From positions 1 through 19,779 of the forward strand of contig JBMYPC010000051.1 of NCBI GenBank assembly GCA_049599895.1: 19,779 nt of DNA, in the 5' to 3' direction. This DNA is from Bacteriovoracaceae bacterium (GTDB lineage: Bacteria; Bdellovibrionota; Bacteriovoracia; Bacteriovoracales; Bacteriovoracaceae). Within the stretch, counting starts at the first letter, position 1. Every line of letters begins with the position of its first letter. Shown piece after piece: positions 1 through 7,460 of this stretch. The notes under the pieces are model-generated. The model saw only the letters and a list, made by a program, of their open reading frames with translations. It made no database searches and was not told the DNA's origin. The translations under genes and the position numbers were made by a program.

Positions 1-92
1 TTCATTTACAAAAGCTTTATCCTTCTAGGGTGAAAATTAGAAAAAATTAGGATAGAGTCTAGACACAAAAAAGATTAAAAAGGTGCATCTCA

Positions 93-1475
93 ATGATTAA
101 GCAGAGTCAAGTCGACAAAAGAAAACTATTTGGAACTGATGGAATTCGAGGAAAGGCCAACTCTTTTCCAATGACAGCCGAAGTTGCCATCGCATTAGGG
201 CGAGCGGTGACTCATTACTTTCAAAAAAGTGAAAATCGGCATTCAAGACCTCTCATTATAGTAGGAAAAGATACAAGACGAAGTTGTTATATGCTTGAAC
301 AAGCATTTGCGGCTGGAGTTTGTTCACAAGGGGGAGAGGCAATTCTCACTGGACCTTTGCCAACTCCAGGGGTTGCTTTTTGTACTCAGTCAATGCGTGC
401 TGATGCAGGAGTGATGATTTCAGCTTCCCATAACCCTTATGATGATAACGGAATCAAATTATTTGATGCAAACGGTTATAAACTACCTGATGAGGTTGAG
501 CTTGAAATTGAAAACTTGATTCTCGATCAGGACCTTATCCCAACAAAGTTTGACTCTGACCTTGGAAAGGCGCAAAGACTTAAGCATGTTTTTGGACGAT
601 ATGTTGTTCAAGTGAAATCGGCTCTCGATAAGAAGTATGACCTGGAAGGTATGAGAATTGTTTTAGATTGTGCAAACGGGGCTGGTTATAAAGTTGCTCC
701 TATGATCTTTGAAGAACTCGGCGCTGAAGTGATTACCAGAGGAACTGAACCAAATGGAACGAATATCAACCATGAATGTGGTTCACTTTATCCTGAGCGA
801 GCTCAAGAAATGGTGAAAAAATATCGAGCTGATCTCGGAATTTGTCTTGATGGTGATGCCGACCGATTAATTGTTATTGATGATCAGGCCAATATTATTA
901 ATGGCGATGTTCTTATTGGTCTTCTCACTAAGCTTTCTGTTTCTCAAAAGCGAATTGGAGCAAACTCTGAAATTGTAGGAACAGTGATGTCGAACCTAGG
1001 TTTAGAAAAGTATATCAAATCTTTAGGTTTAAGTTTTCACCGAACAAAAGTAGGAGATCGTTATATTGTTGAAAGAATGAGAGAGTCTGGGGCACTTATT
1101 GGTGGTGAGCCTTCTGGTCATATTGTTTTTCATGAGCTTGCGACAACTGGAGATGGATGTCTTGCAGCTCTAAAAGTGATTGAGGCGATTAAACATTTTG
1201 ATCGTAAACTTTCTCAGCTTGCGACTGAAGTAAAGCTCTTTCCACAAGTGATAAAAAATACAAAAGTCAAAAAGAAAATTCCTTTTGAGGAGCTTCCCAA
1301 CTTTCAAAAAGTGCTTGAGGCTTCCAAAGAAAAGCTTGGTGACAAAGGGCGTGTGGTCGTTCGCTATTCAGGTACCGAGTCTTTAGCAAGGGTCATGGTT
1401 GAAGCTGAAACTGATCAACTTGTCAGTGAAATAAGCGATGATTTGACGGCTTCTGTGCAAAAGGAGCTCGGGTAA
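93..1475 (+). CDS. glmM: Phosphoglucosamine mutase
   Basis: N-terminal FGTDGIRG, GKDTRRS, catalytic phosphoserine loop ISASHNP, metal-binding DGDADR, GGEPSGH and RYSGTE motifs; 460 aa. Confidence 0.97.
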   Translation: MIKQSQVDKRKLFGTDGIRGKANSFPMTAEVAIALGRAVTHYFQKSENRHSRPLIIVGKDTRRSCYMLEQAFAAGVCSQGGEAILTGPLPTPGVAFCTQSMRADAGVMISASHNPYDDNGIKLFDANGYKLPDEVELEIENLILDQDLIPTKFDSDLGKAQRLKHVFGRYVVQVKSALDKKYDLEGMRIVLDCANGAGYKVAPMIFEELGAEVITRGTEPNGTNINHECGSLYPERAQEMVKKYRADLGICLDGDADRLIVIDDQANIINGDVLIGLLTKLSVSQKRIGANSEIVGTVMSNLGLEKYIKSLGLSFHRTKVGDRYIVERMRESGALIGGEPSGHIVFHELATTGDGCLAALKVIEAIKHFDRKLSQLATEVKLFPQVIKNTKVKKKIPFEELPNFQKVLEASKEKLGDKGRVVVRYSGTESLARVMVEAETDQLVSEISDDLTASVQKELG

Positions 1476-2237
1476 ATGAATAAGGTTTATCCAAGGTTGG
1501 GAGTAAATATTGATCATGTGGCGACTCTTAGGCAAGCTCGAGGAGAGAGTTATCCTCATATTGAAAGAGCTGCTCGAGAAGTTCTTAAAGCTGGAGCAGA
1601 TCAGATTACAATTCATTTAAGAGAAGACAGAAGGCATATTCAAGATACCGATGTTGAGAAAGTGAGGGTTGAAACCAATCACGCAGGGAAGCTATTTAAC
1701 TTCGAGATGGGTTGTGACCTGGAAATTCTTGATCTGGCCTGTGCTATAAAGCCTGATTGGGTTTGTCTCGTTCCTGAAAAACGTGAGGAGCGAACGACTG
1801 AAGGTGGTCTTGATCTTCGAAATATCGACTCTCGATCAAAAATAGAAGAGACAACCACAAGACTAAAAAAGCAAGGGATCAAGGTTAGCTTATTCGTTGA
1901 AGCTGATCTTGAGATTTTGAAGCTCTCTAAAGAAATTGGAGCTGATGCTGTAGAGATCCATACTGGGGCTTACGCAATAGACTACAATAATGGTAATGAT
2001 ACATCTCATTATCTTGAAAGCTTTAAAAAAGGTTTTGAATATTGCTCAGGGAATGATCTCTCTTACCATGCTGGACATGGCCTAACCGATATCAATTTGC
2101 TTCCCTTGTTGGAGCAAGGACTGTTTAAAGAGTATAATATTGGACATTGGATAGTTGCTGAAGCAGTTTTTGTGGGACTCCCTTCAGTGGTTTCAAGTCT
2201 AAATTCAACTATTCAAAATTATCAACTTAACTATTGA
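1476..2237 (+). CDS. pdxJ: Pyridoxine 5'-phosphate synthase
   Basis: LGVNIDHVATLRQAR, ITIHLREDRRHIQ, LVPEKREERTTEGGLD, VEIHTG, HAGHGL and NIGH motifs; starts directly after the glmM stop. Confidence 0.97.
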   Translation: MNKVYPRLGVNIDHVATLRQARGESYPHIERAAREVLKAGADQITIHLREDRRHIQDTDVEKVRVETNHAGKLFNFEMGCDLEILDLACAIKPDWVCLVPEKREERTTEGGLDLRNIDSRSKIEETTTRLKKQGIKVSLFVEADLEILKLSKEIGADAVEIHTGAYAIDYNNGNDTSHYLESFKKGFEYCSGNDLSYHAGHGLTDINLLPLLEQGLFKEYNIGHWIVAEAVFVGLPSVVSSLNSTIQNYQLNY

Positions 2238-2244
2238 GGCAAGC

Positions 2245-3837
2245 ATGCGAATTGTTAATAAAACAGAAATGAAGGCCATCGAAGACCTTACGATTAATGA
2301 GTTTGGTTTTGAAGAGTCTCTCATTATTGAAAATGTGGGAGCATCAATCGCAACCTATATTTTTGAAGACGTTCTAAGCTTTAAAGATTTTGGAGAAATT
2401 CTGATCTTTTTAGGCAGAGGAAATAATGCTGCCGATGGGCTCGCTATCGGGAGACACTTAGTAAACCTTGGTGTGAATGTCAGGGCCTTTTTTCTTTTTC
2501 CCGAAGAAGATCTTTCTGAGCAGGCTAAAAAACAACGGCTCCTGGCATCAAAGTTTGGTGTAAAGTGTGCAGATATTCAAAGTATTGAAGAGCTTCGAGC
2601 TTATTTCGACCAAGCTGGGGATGAGTATTTCATTATTGATGCGATCTGTGGAACTGGTTACCGCGGTCCTCTTTCAAATTATCTTTTTGAAGTCATCAAA
2701 ACCATCAATGATTGTTCAAGCTTTACTCTTGCCCTTGATATCCCGTCTGGGATTGAAGCAGATTCAGGGGCGATTTTAAGTGAGGCCATTGATGCCGATG
2801 TGACAGCTGCGGTATGTCTTCCAAAAGTAGGATATTATTTGGGCTCAGCTCCTGCTTATGTTGGAAAAATCGAAGTTTTTCAAAGCGGATTTCCACTACA
2901 GTCTGTTCAGGGTGGAGATAAGTTTTTACTTACTGACTCAAAACTAAGCTCTTTAGAAGAGGGACGAAATAAGTTTGCTCACAAAAACACTTATGGACAC
3001 ACCCTCGTTATAGCGGGAAGTCCAGGGCTCACAGGGGCAGCTGTTCTTGCTTCAAATGGAGCATTAAGAGTAGGGGCAGGGCTTGTGACTGCTGTTACCT
3101 GGAAAGAAAGCTATTATGAACTTGTAGCGAGAATGCCTGCTGAAATTATGTGTGGGGTAATTCCTACTAATGATCAAGAGGTAGTTGAAGTCATTCGTGA
3201 TTTAGATAAATACGACACGGTTATTATTGGACCTGGCTTAGGAGTTACTGAGAAGAGCCGTGATGTGGTTCTTAAAATCCTGAACCATTTCTCAGGACCA
3301 GTTGTAGTTGATGCAGATGCTTTGAAGTTAATTGATCTTAATAAAGATAAAGAACTTTTAAAGCAAAGAAAAGGCCTTACGGTTTTAACTCCTCATATCG
3401 GAGAGTTTTCAGGAATCACTGGAATCGATAAAACCAAAGTTTTAGAGCAGCCAGTGACTCACCTTAAAGAATTCGTCGATAACGTCAACTGCGCAGTCGT
3501 TCTTAAATCCTCGAGTTCATTTATTGGATTTCCCAACGGTGAAGTTTTCGTCAATCATTTTCCTAACGATGGGATGGCAACTGGTGGTTCAGGAGATGTT
3601 CTTGCAGGTATTCTAGGCGGTATTCTGGCGCAATTTAATGGACCTGTTCCTTCGAGCGGTATCTTTGAGGACAAATCAAAGCTTTTTGAAAAGATCTGTA
3701 TGGGCGTTGGTCTTCATTCTCTAGCTGGAAAGATTGCTGCCGAACATCTTGGAGTCATGGCCATGGGGGCTGGAGATATCGTCTATAGTCTTGGAGAAGC
3801 CTTTTCACAGATTCATGGCCCAAGTGAAGATGAATAA
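2245..3837 (+). CDS. nnr: Bifunctional NAD(P)H-hydrate epimerase / ADP-dependent dehydratase (NnrE-NnrD, YjeF)
   Basis: YjeF_N motifs GRGNNAADG, IIDAICGTG and LDIPSG; carbohydrate-kinase-fold motifs HKNTYG, GSPGLTGAA, IIGPGLG, VVDADAL, LTPHIGE and GGSGDVLAG. Confidence 0.95.
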   Translation: MRIVNKTEMKAIEDLTINEFGFEESLIIENVGASIATYIFEDVLSFKDFGEILIFLGRGNNAADGLAIGRHLVNLGVNVRAFFLFPEEDLSEQAKKQRLLASKFGVKCADIQSIEELRAYFDQAGDEYFIIDAICGTGYRGPLSNYLFEVIKTINDCSSFTLALDIPSGIEADSGAILSEAIDADVTAAVCLPKVGYYLGSAPAYVGKIEVFQSGFPLQSVQGGDKFLLTDSKLSSLEEGRNKFAHKNTYGHTLVIAGSPGLTGAAVLASNGALRVGAGLVTAVTWKESYYELVARMPAEIMCGVIPTNDQEVVEVIRDLDKYDTVIIGPGLGVTEKSRDVVLKILNHFSGPVVVDADALKLIDLNKDKELLKQRKGLTVLTPHIGEFSGITGIDKTKVLEQPVTHLKEFVDNVNCAVVLKSSSSFIGFPNGEVFVNHFPNDGMATGGSGDVLAGILGGILAQFNGPVPSSGIFEDKSKLFEKICMGVGLHSLAGKIAAEHLGVMAMGAGDIVYSLGEAFSQIHGPSEDE

Positions 3838-4270
3838 ACAAGAACTAAAAATTTGGGATGATATTGGCCTTGATGACCTCCCTCGCTTAGCCAGTGAGAT
3901 TAAAGAAGAGCTTAAAAAGCCTGCAATTGTTTTTATTGAAGGGAAAGTTGGTGCAGGCAAAACAACATTTTGCCAGTCATTCTTTAAAGGAGATGTTCTA
4001 TCTCCAACTTACTCACTTATTAATGAGTTTTCAGATGGGGCCCATGCTGATCTTTATCGATTAAAAGACCCAGAAGAGTTAGTCCATTTAGAAATAGAAC
4101 TCTACCTTGAAGAGAAAGATTATTTTTTCGTGGAATGGGGCCTTCAGTTTTATGATGTTGTGGATAATGTCTTGCCTTTAGAGTTCTCTCATCACTATCT
4201 TCTCGAACTCGATGTTTCAAAGATTAAAGAAGAAAATAGAAGATCATTTAAGTTGAGTTTTATTTGTTAG
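3830..4270 (+). CDS. tsaE: tRNA t6A biosynthesis ATPase TsaE (YjeE)
   Basis: Walker A GKVGAGKTT, SPTYSL, HADLYRL and VEWG motifs. Start re-called at ATG 3830, giving 146 aa and an 8-nt overlap with nnr. The track's start at 3734 lies deep inside nnr. Confidence 0.92.
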   Translation: MNKQELKIWDDIGLDDLPRLASEIKEELKKPAIVFIEGKVGAGKTTFCQSFFKGDVLSPTYSLINEFSDGAHADLYRLKDPEELVHLEIELYLEEKDYFFVEWGLQFYDVVDNVLPLEFSHHYLLELDVSKIKEENRRSFKLSFIC

Positions 4271-4487
4271 AGATTGGTGATTTCTTTATTTGAATCTTAA
4301 AAACTAGTGTTTAATAGTCAATTTTTGCCGGGTGCTTTATTGCTCCAGTATCCTTTTGACCTTGAGACTTCCTTTGTGGATTACTTTGTAACTGATTGAA
4401 ATTAAAGAATGAAAAAATGGTTTTCTCCACAAAACGTCATTTTAAACTTTTTAAGATTTTTTAAGTACTTTTTGTCGGGAATTACAG

Positions 4488-4517
4488 TTGACTCTCGCCG
4501 AGAAATCTTGTCATACT
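4488..4517 (+). promoter_or_regulatory. Putative sigma70 promoter of the Rrf2-desulfurase operon
   Basis: TTGACT (4488-4493), an 18-nt spacer and an extended -10 TGtCATACT (4509-4517); implies a leader of about 150 nt. Confidence 0.55.
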
Positions 4518-4670
4518 ATTCACGTAGTTTGGTTGTAGGTTTTTTACACAATCAAAATACTCTCTTTAAGACAAGAAAACGGAAATATTTCAAAGCTTCA
4601 AGAGACCAAACGCTAAATTTATCAACCCACCCAAGCATCATGCTTTGATTGGATTTATGGAGGAAGACCA

Positions 4671-5225
4671 ATGAGATTAACATCTAAAGGACGTTACGCT
4701 GTTAGAGCTATGCTCGATTTAACAACTCACTCGAACGGAAACCCTGTTCGTTTGCAAGAAATTTCTACAAGACAAAACATTTCACTACACTATCTAGAGC
4801 AACTTTTTAGAAAGTTAAGAAATGGTCAAGTTGTTAAGTCTGTAAGAGGACCAGGTGGTGGATACGTTCTAGCAAGAGCGATGGATGAAATCACTATTAA
4901 AGACGTGCTTGATTGTGTTGGAGAAAACATCAATCCTGCAAAAGATATCATTGGAACAGAAGCTGAAGTTGCAAATACGGTTGAATTTGAACTTTCTAAG
5001 AACTACTTCCAAAACCTTGGTCTTATCATGAAAGAATATCTTACAACGACTTCACTTGGTGACCTCGTAAGAAAAGCAAAAGATATCGAAATCACAGCTC
5101 CAAGTGCAACTACAGAAGTAAATGCAGCACCAATCGGTGGAGTAACTACTGAAGCAACTGCAGCTCCTGCAGCGGCACCAATGGCTTCTTCTATTAGAAG
5201 TACAATTGGAGAAATTAATCAGTAG
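4671..5225 (+). CDS. iscR: Rrf2-family transcriptional regulator, IscR-like but lacking the Fe-S cluster ligands
   Basis: MRLTSKGRYAV-AMLD, ISLHYLEQLF and SVRGPGGGY closely match the IscR winged helix; strong GGAGG SD; lies upstream of a cysteine desulfurase. Confidence 0.85.
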   Translation: MRLTSKGRYAVRAMLDLTTHSNGNPVRLQEISTRQNISLHYLEQLFRKLRNGQVVKSVRGPGGGYVLARAMDEITIKDVLDCVGENINPAKDIIGTEAEVANTVEFELSKNYFQNLGLIMKEYLTTTSLGDLVRKAKDIEITAPSATTEVNAAPIGGVTTEATAAPAAAPMASSIRSTIGEINQ

Positions 5226-5277
5226 AATTTCTTTTGTTTAGCTTTTATGCTACCTAATGTTTCATAAGGTAGTAGTA

Positions 5278-6438
5278 ATGAGCAAAAACGATAGATTATA
5301 TCTTGATTATAATTCAACATCCCCACTTTCAAGTTCTGTAATACAGTACCTTGCAAGTGGGGATTTTTTTTATGGCAACCCAAGTTCTACTCATTCGAGT
5401 GGGAAAAAATCAAAAAAAGCAATTAGGGAAGTCGAGAAGTTTCTCTATAAGACCTATTCTTTAAATTCATCGGACTATCATCTTCTTTTTCATTCAGGGG
5501 CCACAGAAGGACTCAATATGATTATTCAGGGAAGCGCAAAGTGCTTTAAGCGCAAAAACGTGAAGGCCACGTACTTTATTTGTGAAGCAGATCACTCCTG
5601 TCTTTTTAATCAAAGTGAAGAGATAGAAGAGTTGGGACATGAAGTGAGATTTTATCCCTTAGACTCCCATGGACAGATTGATGAAGAATCTCTTGTAAAG
5701 AGTATTAATGAAGTCGATAGCAAAGTGGTTTTAAGCTATACCTGGGTTAATAATGAGACTGGTGTGATTAACTCTCTTGAAAAAGCGGCTTCCATAAAAA
5801 AACGAACAGGTTGTTTGATTAATGTGGATGGAGTGCAATCAGTGGGAAAAGTTCTCGATTGGCAAAATCTTGATCCCATAATCGATTCCTACACATTTTC
5901 TGGTCATAAGTTCGGTGCTTTAAAAGGAATTGGCTGGAGTTTTATAAAAGAAGACTACCCACTTGCTCCCATTTTAAGGGGAGGTGGCCAGCAGAGTGGA
6001 CTAAGGTCTGGGACAGAAAATGTTGATGGAATCTTTTCTTTAAAACTTGCGCTTAATGAGCTTCTTGAAAAGCAAGATCTTATGAAGCTTAAAGATCTTA
6101 TTGCTCAATTTGAAAAACCATTAAAAGATTTTATGGGTGAGGCCATTGAAATTGTGGGGACAGGCTCCTCTCGAAGTTTAACGACTTCTTATATCATTAT
6201 AAAAAACGAAAAAGCGGATATTGTCTTAATGGCATTTGATTTAGATAAAATCGATGTCTCTTCTGGTTCAGCTTGCTCCTCTGGAGCATTGGAACCAAGC
6301 CGGACATTACTCTCGATGGGATATAATGAAAAAGAAGCAAAGTCTGCAATAAGGTTTTCATTTGGTCATTATGATTCGATTGAGACTCAAAAAGAAGCAA
6401 TTGAAAAAGTACTTAAAGTTCTGAAAAGGTTTGTCTAA
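5278..6438 (+). CDS. iscS: PLP-dependent cysteine desulfurase (IscS/NifS group I)
   Basis: YLDYNSTSP, YGNPSS, SGATE, VNNETG, DGVQSVGK, PLP-lysine motif FSGHKFG, RSGTEN and catalytic SSGSACSS. Start re-called at ATG 5278 behind an AAGGT SD; the track start is 5257. Confidence 0.9.
   Translation: MSKNDRLYLDYNSTSPLSSSVIQYLASGDFFYGNPSSTHSSGKKSKKAIREVEKFLYKTYSLNSSDYHLLFHSGATEGLNMIIQGSAKCFKRKNVKATYFICEADHSCLFNQSEEIEELGHEVRFYPLDSHGQIDEESLVKSINEVDSKVVLSYTWVNNETGVINSLEKAASIKKRTGCLINVDGVQSVGKVLDWQNLDPIIDSYTFSGHKFGALKGIGWSFIKEDYPLAPILRGGGQQSGLRSGTENVDGIFSLKLALNELLEKQDLMKLKDLIAQFEKPLKDFMGEAIEIVGTGSSRSLTTSYIIIKNEKADIVLMAFDLDKIDVSSGSACSSGALEPSRTLLSMGYNEKEAKSAIRFSFGHYDSIETQKEAIEKVLKVLKRFV
5319..5371 (+). 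terminator. Terminator-like hairpin with T8 tract inside the desulfurase CDS
   Basis: ATCCCCACTT (5319-5328) pairs with AAGTGGGGAT (5355-5364), with inner CAAG/CTTG and CTGT/ACAG pairs, followed by a T run at 5364-5371. Confidence 0.5.
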
Positions 6439-6441
6439 GAA

Positions 6442-7350
6442 GTAACTGCTCAATATTGTGTGTTTTTTATAATGATGTTACGAGCTTGCCTAGATATGGT
6501 ATATCTTCTCGCCTGCTGATTCGATCTTCTAAATAATCCCAAAAACTAAGATTTAATTTACGGCATGTGGACATTAAAGAGAGCATCAAGTCCCAAGCTC
6601 TAACTCCATCTATCAATGACTACATCCAACTCCTTAATAAGCACCTCGTGTGCTAGTGGAAGCTTCTTGTACTTCCTAATCTCATGTACCCAGCACAATT
6701 GATGATTCCTTACTATATCCACAAAATTTGTTCCATCATCTGAGACTAAAAACCTAATCTTTTTATCTCTTCTCAAAGCACTAATCGCCGCCGCTGTCCT
6801 AACAATATCAAGCTCATCTTTTCTAATCTTAAACGTATAAACCTCAGAGAGCTTCGCCTCAAATGCATCTCGTACAAATTCTTGTCCTTTAAGTGCATAT
6901 AACTGAGCCGTTACTCTTGCTCGCTTAAGTTTGTTCGCCACAAAGCTAATCGCTTCATCGTCTATATAAAACTTTTGCTCTGTTAACAATGCTCCCACTG
7001 CTGACCAACGATTCTTCTCTAAACCTGTCACATATTCTGTAAAGTAATCATTACAAACACCGTAAGTAAAACCATTAACTCCCTTAATTCTTGCTCCTGT
7101 GTCATCGATAAAGACTCGGCTCTGCATTTTTTATCTTCTCGTCAAGAAGAGTCTCCGCCGTCTCAACTAACTTTTCTTTTAGTTTCCCCTTTTTCCAGCC
7201 CTTTATAAAGCCTCGTGTAAGATTTTTGATCTCATCAAATGCCATAACTTATTTTGACAAAAAATTTATGGATGGCCAAACAATTTAAATGACATAGGGC
7301 CTTAAATGAGAAAAAGGGGATATAAACGTAACTATCTATTGAGCAGTTAC
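6442..7350 (-). mobile_element. Non-autonomous, internally deleted IS66-family element (909 bp)
   Basis: Perfect 14-bp terminal inverted repeats GTAACTGCTCAATA (6442-6455) and TATTGAGCAGTTAC (7337-7350), starting with the IS66-typical GTAA; they enclose TnpC fragments. Confidence 0.88.
6467..7245 (-). pseudogene. tnpC: IS66 transposase remnant in three out-of-frame pieces
   Basis: N-terminal piece from ATG 7245 (MAFDEIKNL...LLDEKIKNAE). Catalytic core at 7127-6600 (IDDTGAR, LVSDD, HQLCWVHEIR). C-terminal piece at about 6607-6467 (GVRAWDLMLSLMSTCRKLNLSFWDYLEDRI...). Confidence 0.85.
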
Positions 7351-7357
7351 TACTCAA

Positions 7358-7374
7358 CTGTTACAATCCTAACG
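7358..7374. promoter_or_regulatory. Palindromic operator-like motif, copy 1
   Basis: CTGTTACAATCCTAACG, 15/17 identical to 13834-13850; ends 87 bp before the hydrolase start. Confidence 0.55.
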
Positions 7375-7460
7375 GGGTATGTAAATGTGGGTAAAAGAAA
7401 GACAGGTTTTTTTTATCGCGTATGATTGCTTGTATTTTCATTTAAGAATGCGAGGATCAC

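Noticed and set aside
3734..3829. N-terminal extension of TsaE in the ORF track
   Set aside because: It lies inside nnr; ATG 3830 gives a normal-sized TsaE.
4409..4648. 79-aa ORF upstream of the Rrf2 gene
   Set aside because: No SD or recognisable motif, and it overlaps the predicted promoter and leader; probably spurious.
7415..7430. Possible sigma54 promoter before the hydrolase (ATCGCG-TATGA-TTGCT), and TGGACT-ATATA-GTGAA at 13891-13906
   Set aside because: Each lacks one of the invariant GG or GC dinucleotides, although both lie 52 bp past the shared palindrome.
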